A stretch of DNA of 58,667 bases, the filler included, from Porpidia crustulata (taxonomy: Eukaryota), in the NCBI GenBank assembly GCA_964255105.1. It is 5 parts of 5 records of this genome, joined end to end, with 100 filler letters (N's around TTAATTAATTAA, not from the genome) between each part and the next. Parts side by side here need not be neighbours in the genome. Positions count along the whole stretch, not along the records: positions 23,527 to 35,182 come from CAXUWE010000621.1; positions 35,283 to 46,928 come from CAXUWE010000622.1; 3 more parts are not named here. The stretch is one strand, 5' to 3'. The notes below the pieces were generated by a model. That model saw only the letters and a program-made list of their open reading frames with translations. It had not been told where the DNA came from and searched no databases. The translations under genes were made by a program, and so were the position numbers. This document shows, piece by piece, positions 24,437 to 36,563 of this stretch (positions are counted from its first letter, which is position 1; the number at the start of each line of letters is the position of its first letter).

Positions 24437-26982
24437 CTATCCCATGAGAGCTTTCAACGCCTCGACTCCAATTTCCAGAACGGCTCTATTCTTTGATTCC
24501 TGGAGTATCGCTCTAATGATTTCAATCCCTTGGTGTTCCTTCACCTTGTTCCTAGCTTTGAGACCCATTTCCCCATCAAGCCAGACGACATTTCTGATGC
24601 TGACGACGCCACGGTGAACAATTTCTTCATCCTCATCTTCGCAGAGCGCAAGAAGGATTTCAATGCCTCTATCTCGACCGAGAATTGCTTTCACAGCACC
24701 TTTAAACTCTGTGACTGTTGCCAAGGCGCCGCCAGCGGCTTTTCTAGTAGCTTTGTCGTCAACATCCGCAAGTGCTAGCAGAATATGTAATCGCCGTGCC
24801 GCAACTTTGGACTCGTCGGCAAAGATCTCGATACCTGAAGGACAATTCATAAGGTTACACACAAGCTCTGTTGTAGCTCGTTGAATCGAAGTATTATTGT
24901 GCAGTAATAATTCTTCTATCTTGGGAAAGGCCAGGCGGATGATAACCTCAGCGGCCTCTGGAGAAGGATTGGATGCGAGATTGGTGAGCGCTAGTAAGGC
25001 CTCGAAAGTGGGTAACAGATCACGAGGCCCGTCTGTGATCTGGGAAAGGTCTTCCGAGAGGAGTGAGAGCAGAGGGCGAATGGCAGATGTTAGAGGCGGC
25101 GTTCCGGATGAGGAGAAGACAAGGGTGGGGTCTACCGAGACTAAGATGCGTGCGAGTGCGTGAGAGGCAGTATGGCGGGATTGGACGTCTGTAGCTGAGC
25201 TCCCCGTTATTGATGTACAAGTCTGCAATAATAATCTAGCTCCTCCTTGCTGAGCAATAACGCCACGGTGAGCCGCAATTCTTGATAATGACAGCAGGAT
25301 ATTGAAGACTATGGCAAGTGAAGCAGATGAGAGGTGTTTACTGATTGCGACCAGAACTGAAACAGTGCCAGCTTCAACCATGACTTTACAGCGATCTGTG
25401 ACAGCAGCATCTTCCTGCAGTGGATCTGGCTTTATTGACGCTTTGGAAGCGTTGGCATAAGCCTTTAATTGGGCCATACGCTTCTGCTCTTCAGACAGCG
25501 TGGGCAAATATTGTGTAAGGTTGCTGATAAGTGTCAAAGCCCCAAATGCGGTGGTTGGTTCGACTGGACTCGTTCTCAATGCATGGAGGAATTTCTCCAG
25601 GAATTCTTTATCACATGCTAGTGCTTCTTTGACCTTGGGATCAATCGATGCATATGCAAGACCTTCGATAGAACTCTGCCTAGTGAATTTCTCATTATTG
25701 CCCATCATCTGCTTGAATCTGAGGACAAGCTCGTCGATGGACTTTTTATCTTCTTGTATCCGAATGGATTTGTCGTTTGTATTGTTCTTAGCTGGACCTC
25801 GGATCTTGGCTAGGATGACTGCTGCTAGACCTGATCGTGGATCTTTGCCATTGTCCATGACACGCGACAGCCAGGTAGTACAGTGTTTGCCTACAGCCTC
25901 CCTACATGCGCTATCGAGACATGCAGCACTCAACATATCCAACGCCGCCTTCTCGACTCTTTCCGACTTGGCCTTCTTCTCGAGAAGCGGTATCAAAGAT
26001 GGCACAAAGCCCTCGGTCAAGAAAAGATTGGATACTATAGACGGTACTATGGGGAATACAGCCGCTGCAGCGGAGAACGCGATCACAAGGTCCTCATTGC
26101 TATGGCGGGCAACTCGGGACGAGATGAACTTCTTCAAGACGTTTTCCCCTTTGTCGTGAGAGGCTTCTAGATACTGCGCGGTTGCTAGAGTAGCTTGGCT
26201 CCGCACGCCGATGGGAAGACGGTCGTCCAAAGACACCAGGATTGCGTCAAACGTCGATTCGTCAATCAATACGTGCAGCTTGTTTGCGTCCGCCACCAGG
26301 AGCCTTGCAATTCCCTTGAGAGCTCTCCCATCATGGTCATGTCCAACCTCCATCAGCTTCGCAAGGAGTAATTGGAAGACATCGCTTTCGCAATTCTCTC
26401 GACTAGGCTCTGTAGCCCATATCGAAGAGTCAAGAACAACTGCCGTGATAGCATTCGCGGAACCGCCTCCGATTTCGTAGATCTCCTCGAACTTTTCCGT
26501 TGCAGCTTCCTTTAGCCGTTTCGCAAGCCATGCCTTGGCTGCTTGAGACTCGCGAAATAGTCCAGAAACAATGCTATCCCGAACCTCGTTGTCCTTTGCT
26601 TTTGGATCGCGACATTCGATTACAAGCTCTAGACACTCGATTGCAACATCACCAGGAATCTCGGCCGAGGTGTTCAAGTACTTTACCGATTCTTCGCCAG
26701 CGCCTTCATCCTGTTCGAGGGCGTATTTTCCGCACAGTTGCTGGAGAGGATGTATAGAATCATCTGATTGAATCTTGAGAAATGCTGCTTTAATCATGGG
26801 ATTTCCTGGAGCGAGCGAAGCTGCCTCCCGCAATGCTCGCGAACCATCCTGCCGTGGTTCAGTCAGCGACTGTGGCGAGCTCTACGGGATTGGTGGTGGA
26901 CCTCAGCTCGACCAGAAGCCACTAATTCCAAGGCCCGATCTGCCAGCTGAGCTGCTCTCTCGTCTTTTGCTGCATTGGCCAT
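24437..26982 (-). CDS. she4: UCS-domain myosin chaperone (She4/CRO1/UNC-45 family)
   Basis: ARM-repeat-like ORF with SIEGLAYAS, LSEEQKRMAQLKAYA, RGVIAQQGG, HALARILVSVDP, FEALLALTNLAS and QRATTELVCNL. Probable exon 1 from ATG 26982 (MANAAKDERAAQLA) with intron 26901-26849. Confidence 0.92.
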
Positions 26983-27886
26983 CGAAACGTTCTGATGAAA
27001 CGTCTGAAATCTGAAGGCTCCAAGGCTGACTAGATTTCTATAAATTTTGAAGGATCGCGCTAACGACGCGCGTCATCCGCAACGTGGCATGTCGACTGTC
27101 ACCCTTTGGAGGCTCAATTGCCCATATTATATGTGTACAAGGAGCTTGCTGCTTAATGAATCTGATAGACAACCTCGATAATACAACTAACCCTTACCTG
27201 TGAGCTTGAAATATCTGTCCGCTATCGAGGTCAGGATCGAAGAGCATACAATTAATTCGCTACTAGGTAAGCCGAGATGATTCAAGCATGGTATTTTCCG
27301 ATATAGCAGCCTTGTTCAATGCTGGGTTCTGTGATCTTCTCGGCCATCTGTACGAAGCGCGGAGGATGAGTGTTCCTCGGCTTAGGTATCTATCGAGATA
27401 CACAACCACCTCTTTTTATACTCTACAGTGTATATCAAAGGCAATGGCATGTAGATCAAGTCCTGGCACATCCAACGCTCTGCCTACCGAACCCGCCGCC
27501 ACAGCGACTGTATGGTTTCGGTGCACAAAGCAGTCAACTTTGATAAGCTGGTCGAATTTAACTTGCATTCCAACTTGTCCTAATACCAAGGTTCCGCAAA
27601 TATGCACCGATGCCCGATGCTGCTTGATGTCTAACACTGTATCTAATTGCCTGGTGCATTTATGGAAAGGTGTAAACATAAGATCTTAGAAAGATGATCG
27701 GTTGGTTTAAGCACACTTAGATCGTATTTATGATTATCTATGCCATATTCATGTGGCAGAAACCGCTAGGAAGCCCGTTGTTCTTGTCTGCTCACACAAC
27801 CCCGTGTTTGTCGCACTGTTTGTTTATCCAAGCACACCGTCCCTCTGTCCGATGTTCTCTCCTTCGGCCAGATGCAAATACTGAGT

Positions 27887-29137
27887 CTACTTCCTATCCG
27901 GGAATGCCTTGTCGTAATTCACGAGTGTGAATCTATATCTCACATCATTGACCTTCACCTTTTCTACGGCCTCCTTGCATCCTTTCTCCCCAACATCTAA
28001 GGTCTGCACGTAAGGCTTGATCTTCTTGTCGCTAGCCATTTTCAACATGCGGAACATCTCGGGCCGGTTGCCGATATGACTTCCCGCAATCGCGGCCCCG
28101 TTGGGTGCGAAATCTTGTGCCATTAGCTGCGGAAGAGGCTTATCGGGGAGCCCGACGTTGTGAAATGTGCCATTGACCGCAAGGGTACTCATATATTCTT
28201 TAAGATTGAAGGTGTGCGTCATGTCGGCACAATTGAGGATGAAGTTGAAGGTGAATGCGAGGGGCTTAGCCCAGTCCTTTTCGCCGGTATTGATAAAATG
28301 TCTGGCGCCCAATGCTTTGGCGTCTTTCTCTTTGCTGGGGGAGTGAGAGAGAGCGTAGACCTCGGCGCCCATGGCAGTGGCCCATAGAATAGCGAAGTGG
28401 CCGAGGCCACCGCTGCGCAGGGGTCAGCAATAGACGGCTGGTGGGAGCGACGAGTCATGAGACTTACATGCCAAGAATTGCTACTTTCTTGCCGGGTCCG
28501 CAGCCAGCGCGCTCAAGAGGGCTCCATACCGTAAGACCGGCGCACATCATGGGCGCGGCGTCATCAGTAGGGATGTTGTCGGGAATTTTGAAGGTGAAAT
28601 ATTCGTGAGCTCGGATGTGGCTGGAGTACCCACCTTGGGCGATTGTACCGTCAGAGTACGGAGCCCCGTAGGTATCTATGATGGAATTAATAGAGCTCAG
28701 AGATATGGAGTGGAGTGTACATAGCATACCGACTTTATGGGGGCAGTAATTTTCTTGATCTGATTTGCAGTTCTTGCACTCCAAACACGCCTGAATCTGA
28801 GCGCCAACACCCACGCGGTCACCAACCTTGACGGTTGTCACCTTGTCACCCACTTTAACGGCTTTCCCAATGACCTCATGTCCAACGCAGAGGGGTAACG
28901 GCGTTTCACCCCACCCGCCGGTGATGCTATGAACATCGGAGCCGCATACGCCGCAGGCATCAATCTTGATGTCGATATCGCGGTCCTCGAATGGCTTTGG
29001 TTTGAACTTCAGACATTATTGTGAGTCTCAGCCAAAAAGATCGGAGTCATACCCGGGCTTACTTCTTCTTTCTTGAAATCACTCCATTTTTCGTGGGAAT
29101 TGATCATGAAACCCTCGAAGGTATCTGGGTAACCCAT
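27887..29137 (-). CDS. NADP-dependent Zn alcohol dehydrogenase (cinnamyl-alcohol dehydrogenase / Adh6-Adh7 type)
   Basis: ATG 29137 MGYPDTFEGF. Motifs CGVCGSDVH, VGHEVIG, GDRVGVGAQ, CLECKNC...C, APMMCAGLTV, GGLGHF and VRYRFTL. Three introns. Confidence 0.93.
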
Positions 29138-30042
29138 TTCGAGTAGCAATGGATTGAATGCTGGTGTATTTGGAAGCTGTGGGAATGTTTAAGATCAAAA
29201 GTTTGGGATGGTAGTAATTGTAGGATGTCGTGTGCAGATGGACCGTTGTTGACGTAGCAAATGTGGGATGTGGAAGAAGCTTTCATGATGCGGTAACCAT
29301 GCCTCCGGCCGGTTCCTAGTTTTCCTTTGGTATAGCCCATATCTTGATTGTAAGCAACGTAAGGATTCGAATAGTCCCGTCTTGTCCGAGCTGTGAAGGG
29401 ATTGGATGAAATGTGGGTGGCAATGACGTTGCTATCCATTGTCTCCAAATAAGAAGTTTTCAGAGGTTACCTTATTGGTCGACCTGTCATTTGCGGTAGG
29501 TAAGCCGAGCACCATCTGAAGAGTAGCCGCGCTCATAGCCGGATACCCGGTGGGCTTACGTGACTTGTGTTTCGACTTGGAACGACTGTAAGATACTCAC
29601 TTGACATCGTGGGGGATAACCATTAGAAACATCCGAAATACTACTGAACAGGGAACACCGCGAGACAAGTCAATCGGATGCCATAGCCCACAAGCTGATG
29701 TACGTACTGAGGTATGTCGCAAGCAGTGAGTAGCTTCGCATAGGACGAAAGTGTGGAGGGGCACAAATAGTCAACAGTCTGGAACCCCCGCTATCCGTCA
29801 ATCTTGGCTCGCAAGTCGTGAGGGGTCAACGGAGGAGCAAACACGGAAAAAAGAGTGAGGGTACCTTACAAAGCACCTCAGAGAACAGCATGAGGGGTAG
29901 TGATCATCACCTGGCGAGAAGATGGGGTAGCTAGAGAGCCAAGGCCTACGGCTTGCTGGTGTCCGTCCTCCTGGCCACTTCTTCCAATTCATAGAAGCTA
30001 CTTGACTCCTGTTCAGCCACATAATCCGATCTTTGGCTCAAG

Positions 30043-31367
30043 ATGATGAAAGCATTGAGATTCCACGGCCAGCGTGATATACGTCTCGAGGACGTCGAAG
30101 TCCCAAGATGTGGGAAAGATCAAGTCAAGGTCGGTATGATTCCCTGGTGTTTCCGACACCCTACTAACAGAACGCAAGGTGAGGCCAGCATACGTTGGTA
30201 TTTGTGGCACAGGTACGCAGGTCTGGCATGGCATAAAAGGAAGCGATTGAAAGTCCATGGTAGACCTCCACGAGTACCTGGGGGGAGCGAACATCATGCC
30301 AACCTCGCCTCACCCAATCACCCAGGAGAAAGTGCCTCTCACAATGGGCCATGAGTTCAGTGGGGTCGTTGAGGAGGTTGGAGAAGGAGTCCATGACATA
30401 AAGGTTGGCGAAAGAATTGTGGTCCAGCCGATCATCTACGATGGCACTTGCGGTGCCTGCAGATCTGGGTATATCAATTGCTGCGACAAAAATGGTTTCG
30501 TTGGCCTGAGCGGTATAATCTAAGAATTACTCCAATAGCTATGCATACGCTGATGAGTAATAATAGGTTGGGGTGGTGGGCTGTCTGAGCACGTGGTTGT
30601 TCCTCGTAAATCTGTATTCGCGATTCCAGATACGGTATCATTGGAAGTGGGTGGTCAGTGTCTCTCAGTAAATATTACGAGGAGACTGACTGAAAGCTAC
30701 TGCCAGCCCTTGTGGAACCCTTGGCCGTAGCTTGGCACGCTATCAATATAAGCCCATACAAGAAAGGCGACTCGGTCCTGGTTCTCGGGGGAGGACCCAT
30801 CGGGCTCGCGGTAGTCCAGTCCTTGAAAGCAAAAGGTGCTGACAAAATCATCGTTTCCGAAGTTGCGCCTCGACGAAAAGAGTTTGCTAAGCAGTTTGGG
30901 GCGCATTTTGTCTTGGATCCGACGAAGGACGACGTTGCCGCTAAAGTACGCGAAATCTGCGATGGACAGGGCGCCAACTTAGCTTTTGACGCCGCAGGAG
31001 CACAGGCCGGCCTGGATCAAGCCCTCCTGGCGATCCGCGCCAGAGGGACGTTGGTTAACATTGCCGTTTGGGAAAAGCCAGCCTCAATCAGTGTCAATCA
31101 ACTCGTCTTTCGGGAGAGGAATTATATGGGAGTCGCGACATATGTCGAAGGCGATTTCCAGGCTGTCATTGATGCCATTGCGTCTGGTAAGTTGCTGACG
31201 AGGTCAATTACAAGATAATCGCTGAAATTCCTGGTTTAGGGCAACTGAAGCCAGACTCGATGATAACTAGGAAGATCCAGATGAACGAAATTGAGGAGAA
31301 AGGATTCAAGATTTTGATCAATGACAAGGATAATCATGTAAAAATACTTGTGGAAGTTAGTCCATAA
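30043..31367 (+). CDS. Zn-dependent medium-chain dehydrogenase, (R,R)-butanediol/sorbitol dehydrogenase-like
   Basis: Motifs MKALRFHGQRDIRLE, GICGT-DLHEY, MGHEFSG, CGAC...C, EPLAVAWHA, VLGGGPIG and C-terminal KILVEVSP*. Several short introns. Confidence 0.92.
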
Positions 31368-31740
31368 ACCTTCGTCGATTGTTGGAATCACAGCCAGCAT
31401 CAAATAATCGGACATAGTCCATCTATTGAAGCATGGGTATTTTATAAAGCGTTTGAAAGCGACAATAAGGTGGATTACTTCGCTAAGCAAGTTGCGCGGT
31501 CAGTGTGCGTATCCATAAGGCATAGTCCATTCAAAGTCCAACTGGCTTTATTCCTTTCTCTTGAGCGCCTCCGGGAAATCGACGTTCGATGCCATAAGAT
31601 CAGACATTGACATACCGAGAAAGATGCGCCTTCTGAATGCCCCATGTATCCCCTATCGCCGCGACTTTACACCGTGAGTACCTAGCCAGCCATCTAAGGT
31701 ATCCCCTTCCAGATCCTTCTGTACAGATCTGCGTTCAATC

Positions 31741-32240
31741 TCATTTCTGTGTAGGAGCTTTGCCCTTGACCGGCGACTGCCTGTCTAGGAAACTCTTCAG
31801 GACAGTTTCCAAACCTTCGTTCCTTCGAGCTAATAGCATGACGTCCTCTTTTGTGATGGTGCCTCGCCCAGCATGCCTTTAGATAGTGGGCATGTCAGCT
31901 TTGTAGATGTAATCTTGATGGTCCGGGCCCTACTTTGAAAAGTTCTCCAAATCCTGGCTGACATTCTCTACAAAGCGCGTCCGGTTAGCATCATGAAGTG
32001 CGGAGAGCCGACGGCGAATCTTACCGATCTGTGACCACACCAATTCCGTCAAAGCACCGATAAATTGTGGTGTGACGTTCACACCGAGCTTTAATGTTTC
32101 TTCATCAACAATCTTGCCAATGGAGAACCAAAGTGCTGATTTGAGCCGCTGCACTCAATTAGAATTTGATTGATACCAGGTGCTCGAGATTTCTCTGCTC
32201 TGGGTACCTCTTTCAATGCCTCGTCCCCTTCCTCGGCCAT
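31741..32240 (-). CDS. mhf1: MHF1 / CENP-S histone-fold protein
   Basis: Spliced product MAEEGDEALKE-RLKSALWFSIGKIVDEE...TPQFIGALTELVWSQI-ENVSQDLENFSK-HAGRGTITKEDVMLLARRNEGL. Three introns; stop TGA at 31743-31741. Confidence 0.92.
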
Positions 32241-33001
32241 TCCGGTCGCCAGGTGTTGTTGTCCAAGGTAGTTAGAGATTGTGGAACCGTGAGAAGCCAA
32301 TACTCGTAACGCGAGCAAGCGCCTTGTCACGTGGTCTAACTCGAAACTGCCTCCGAAATTCCACAATCCTTCTCGTCGCGGTCTGTAACTGTGCGGTGGG
32401 CCCCCTTAAAAATCAAGGGAGGTTTCTGGTCATTAATTTGTGATTGTTCTAACGCTGTTCGCTGATAGGATCTGTCCCATTCACCTTGCAGGCTTATGAT
32501 GAGCTTGAAATATTTCGTCCGGAGCAAAATACAAGTTCTTGGCCTATTGCGAAAGCAACCATATACTGACCAGTGAGGAAAAGACCGTACCAAGTCCAAA
32601 GCAGAGCAGTATGGATCTACGTCTAACAAGAGTTCCTCGCTATTTGATAAACCTCGCATGGTAATGATTGGTCAAATGATCTCTAATACCACGCGAATGT
32701 GTCTACCGACTGTCCCAAGTCTCCTTTCCTAATACTGTGAGCAGCCCTATGATAATGTGTAGTATCTAGTCCTACGCGACTATACGATGTTCAGCGGGTG
32801 AGTCTTCGCTTCAAACCAAACGAAAATTGATATATAAAAAGCTACAGCCGCCCCAGAGTCTCCGGGTAAACACCGGACGCAGGCTATTCCTATTTCTTTA
32901 CGGGCATCCACTTATCTCTGCATATAAGCTGATCAAGGTCTCAATTTACAATGATCTTCTCGACTTCTTATGGGGTTCAAGTTCTATCGTTGAGAAGTAG
33001 C

Positions 33002-33757
33002 ATGTTTCTGTGGTATGCCGCCTTAGCTCTCAATTTAGTTGCTAGTTCCATTACTTTCGCAGTTCCATTGAGCCAAAACTCCCCAGTTGCACTTGCCAAT
33101 CAGTCTTTCGTACCGGACAACACCCCATATCCTCCAGGCTATGGCCCATCATCTTGCGAGCGGTCGAGCGGGAATATTCTTTGGTCTTTAAGCACAGTCG
33201 TACCATCCGCCAAATATCGGTCCACTATCGCAGTAAATAGCCTTCCGAATGTCGACAGTGGAACGGGGAACGATGGTAGAATAATTACGTCGTTCAGATC
33301 GCCACCCAACAGGACTTCTCTGACCTCACCCAACCCTCAACCAAAACTTTGCAAGGAAATCTTCAATGTCAAGTTTCTGGACATTCCACAACGCGGTACG
33401 ATCAGGACACCGATCATCAGAATCAAGGAGGTTGATCTATGCACATATTACTTCTCGTGGAGCCTATCTAGCGACGCGCAGGGAACTGCTTGGATGCGCG
33501 AAGTAGGCCAGAGCGGGTGGCGAAGAGAAGTCTTTTACATGTACGCGAATGATGGGATAAAACACAACGAAAAGATAAGCTTCCAAGCCTTAGGGCAGGT
33601 TTCGTTCGACGTCGCTTTACGTCCAACAGCGTTGGGTACTACGGGAGAGATAGCATTCTTCAAGCTTTCTGGTCCTCCCACTACTCCTAGTGGTGTTGCT
33701 GAGGCGGTTACCGAAAATTGGAATGCGAATCCGCAAGACAATTCTCGTCAGGCGTGA
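33002..33757 (+). CDS. Putative secreted protein of unknown function
   Basis: Intronless ORF. ATG 33002 begins a signal-peptide-like MFLWYAALALNLVASSITFAVP. Beta-rich-looking C-terminal half. TATA-like sequence at ~32831. Confidence 0.65.
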   Translation: MFLWYAALALNLVASSITFAVPLSQNSPVALANQSFVPDNTPYPPGYGPSSCERSSGNILWSLSTVVPSAKYRSTIAVNSLPNVDSGTGNDGRIITSFRSPPNRTSLTSPNPQPKLCKEIFNVKFLDIPQRGTIRTPIIRIKEVDLCTYYFSWSLSSDAQGTAWMREVGQSGWRREVFYMYANDGIKHNEKISFQALGQVSFDVALRPTALGTTGEIAFFKLSGPPTTPSGVAEAVTENWNANPQDNSRQA

Positions 33758-34041
33758 AAGGCGGTATGCGGGCTCAAAGCGTTGCTTTGAGCAGCTTATG
33801 AGGAGACGGTGAATGTGCGTGTGACTATCAATTAAGCGGATCGGTTCTTATCACTGTCATGGATCAGAGGGTCGCTTGGAGTTTCGCCAGTCGCGAGGAT
33901 GAAAAGCCCAAGCTGCGCAATGTTCGCGCAACAAGTTCATTACCATGTTCAAATAAGTCATCTTTGACACATTGACGAGCAGAAATTTCATTTTCATGAT
34001 ACAAAATCCAGTCCTTCGCTGCTAAAGTGACAAACGGTAGC

Positions 34042-34707
34042 ATGTTCCCTTCCAAACTGATCACTTCATCCTTGTTCATGGGCTCTTTCCTTGGTATTAC
34101 GATGGGATCGCTACTACCACATCGAGAAACACTCCTCAACACCGGCTTTCCCGGGCTTCTACGAAACTTCACCGCAGCTCGTTCTACGAATCACGCTCCT
34201 AATCCTCAGCAACAGCCAACCGATCCCTTCCGTTGGGCAGATGAACATGGCAATTCTATAACCCTATCACGCTGGCGCTATCCGCATGTGTCTGTACTTG
34301 ATGCCAGAGCCACGGTCTTCAGCTGCCTAATAACCTTATGTGCAGACGAAGCAAATGTTGAAAGCCTCTCCCTATGACAATAATTCGCACTGACATATTC
34401 CCAGCGAGCCGCTCTGCATGACTTGGAAAACTTTGAGTGCAACTCTGGACCCGAAAACCCCTTGTTTAAGATCTGGAAGGATCCGCAAAGTCCTCGACAG
34501 GAGCTGATATGGGGCGACATAGCAATCTTTATAGCTAACGCCTGGGAAGTGGTGTATTCTTTTGTCGATTGGATGCCCCAGTGTGATTTGCAAATCACAG
34601 TGGACGATGGCATGGATGCTAACAGTGCGATCAACCTATTGGGCGTATTTGAGTTTTATAGTGCTGATGTAGCAGGGCCCAGTACAATTGGAACGGCCGC
34701 TGCTTGA
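34042..34707 (+). CDS. Putative small secreted protein, two exons
   Basis: Signal-like MFPSKLITSSLFMGSFLGITMGSLLP. Branch CTGAC and acceptor CAG at ~34404 join in phase to ORF 34423-34707. The donor is uncertain. Confidence 0.5.
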
Positions 34708-35130
34708 TGATTGTCTACACAACTTATCATCTCCAATACGTAGTGCCTGCATCATCCGATCTTGGAAAAGTGAAATTACTGCATGGCCACTATTTCCACA
34801 AACGGCTGCGTGAGATTCATTGAGAGAAGCCTGCAACCCCAAGGTCACTGTTCTGCAAGACCAAACTCGCAAGGAATTTGTGGTACTGACAGAGCGAAAG
34901 AGGTACTTGAACCCTTTGTGCCATGTGCGTAAAAGAGGGCCGTCGATAGAGCTATTACCACCGCCTCGGTCGTGATGATTGAAGACCAGGCTTTCTAAAC
35001 CGAGGAGACAGACATAGTAAGGGCTACATGGCTAAGGGGCTACTTAGCTAAATGTGGTAAGCGAAGTTCAAGACGGGAATTGGCCGGGAAAGGCGGAACC
35101 GATTCCACGAGTTACTAAGGTAGGTATCTA

Positions 35131-35182
35131 ACGTGATCTACCCCCTAGTTGGCCAAACCCTCTAGTTGGCCAGCGCCCCCCA
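35131..35182 (+). mobile_element. Terminal inverted repeat of a pogo/Fot1-like DNA transposon or MITE at the contig end
   Basis: TA (35129-35130), then ACGT, then a tandem ~17-bp direct repeat (cccctagttggcca / cctctagttggcca). This is the layout of Fot1/Tan1/Vader-type TIRs. Confidence 0.65.
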
Positions 35183-35282
35183 NNNNNNNNNNNNNNNNNN
35201 NNNNNNNNNNNNNNNNNNNNNNNNNNTTAATTAATTAANNNNNNNNNNNNNNNNNNNNNNNNNNNNNNNNNNNNNNNNNNNN
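35183..35282. other. Artificial contig-joining spacer
   Basis: N44-TTAATTAATTAA-N44. Confidence 0.98.
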
Positions 35283-36227
35283 GTTCAGGAGTTTTGTTTG
35301 GGTTTTTGGGGCTGGGATTGAGCAGATACCCTTGTTATTGTTGGAACTGAGGATTTGGAAAATTTGGATGAAGGTGGATGATGGGGATAGTACATGATGG
35401 CTCGGATTGCACATAGTAAATAAGACCCGCTGAGAATGGCATATACGGAATATTCAAGTTCAGGCTTCGAAAACGAAAGTGAGATCTTCCTTCAGGAAAG
35501 TCAATCCTTCCAACACCCAGAACAGTCAGAAGAAAGGATCGAGCCACCCAGCGAAGGAGATGATGGAGGTAATTTGGAAGGATGTGCGACGATGTTCGGA
35601 GTGACTTCCCGATAGCCCTTTCATGACATAAGATGTTCAGAACACTTCGGACTTTTTCTACAACAGAAACCACGGGCATGATTTGAGCTAGGAATCTCAA
35701 CGAGCAGGTATATACCAGTGACACAAAGCACTTCATCTGCTGCTATAACTGCTGCTGATTTGCGGCCATGTCAATGCGAACGCGGCGGGAAATTGATGCG
35801 GGTTTGACTGAAGAAGACCATTTCCTTCTATATTGAGCGCATAATCATGTAGATGGTACTAAATGCGTAGGATTGTTCCTTTGATATCAATAAGCACCTT
35901 CTCATGTATGAACAAAATATTTCAAGCCGGACACAGTGCTGTTCAGGTTGATGCTAGGTAGGGCATAAAGAAAACGTGAGGCGGCTTCGAGAGGCGAAAA
36001 TTACTGTCTTTGATACTGCAGCCGACCTGTGCCTTGTCAGTTAGATATATCTTTCTCAATATTCGATCTTATATATACACACGGTTTGTCGTCACTTTGA
36101 GCACCTGGTACGTCCCTCATCGAGCTCCCCAGCATGACTGATCGACTGCTTAATTGTTTATCCGCTACCGAATTTCTGTTTGGCATTCCCTTGATCCCGC
36201 TCTCTGCTCCCGAAAATCATTCTCACA

Positions 36228-36277
36228 AAATTTAATCCAACCGTCGTGACTGAAATTCAATCCAACCGTCGTGACTG
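36228..36277. repeat. 25-bp tandem duplication
   Basis: aaatttaatccaaccgtcgtgactg / aaattcaatccaaccgtcgtgactg (1 mismatch). Confidence 0.9.
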
Positions 36278-36563
36278 GAGAATTGATAATTCAACCTTTT
36301 GCCACACCAATTCCTCTACTTTAAGGATGTTTCTGGGCGCCTGGCGTGTCTGGCGTGCCTGGCGTTAGAGTAGTGTTCGCTTCCGTGGCTTTAAGTAGGC
36401 TCAAATTACTTACAAGAACCCTAACCCTAAGTCCGCTGATCCGTGGAGATGGCGAATGCGAGTATAGTACGGCGCGCTCCGGCGCGTATGGACGAGATAA
36501 ACATACGTCTATTGACGCGCTCAACCATCATATCGTTGATTATCATGTTACGGCCGAAAAGAC

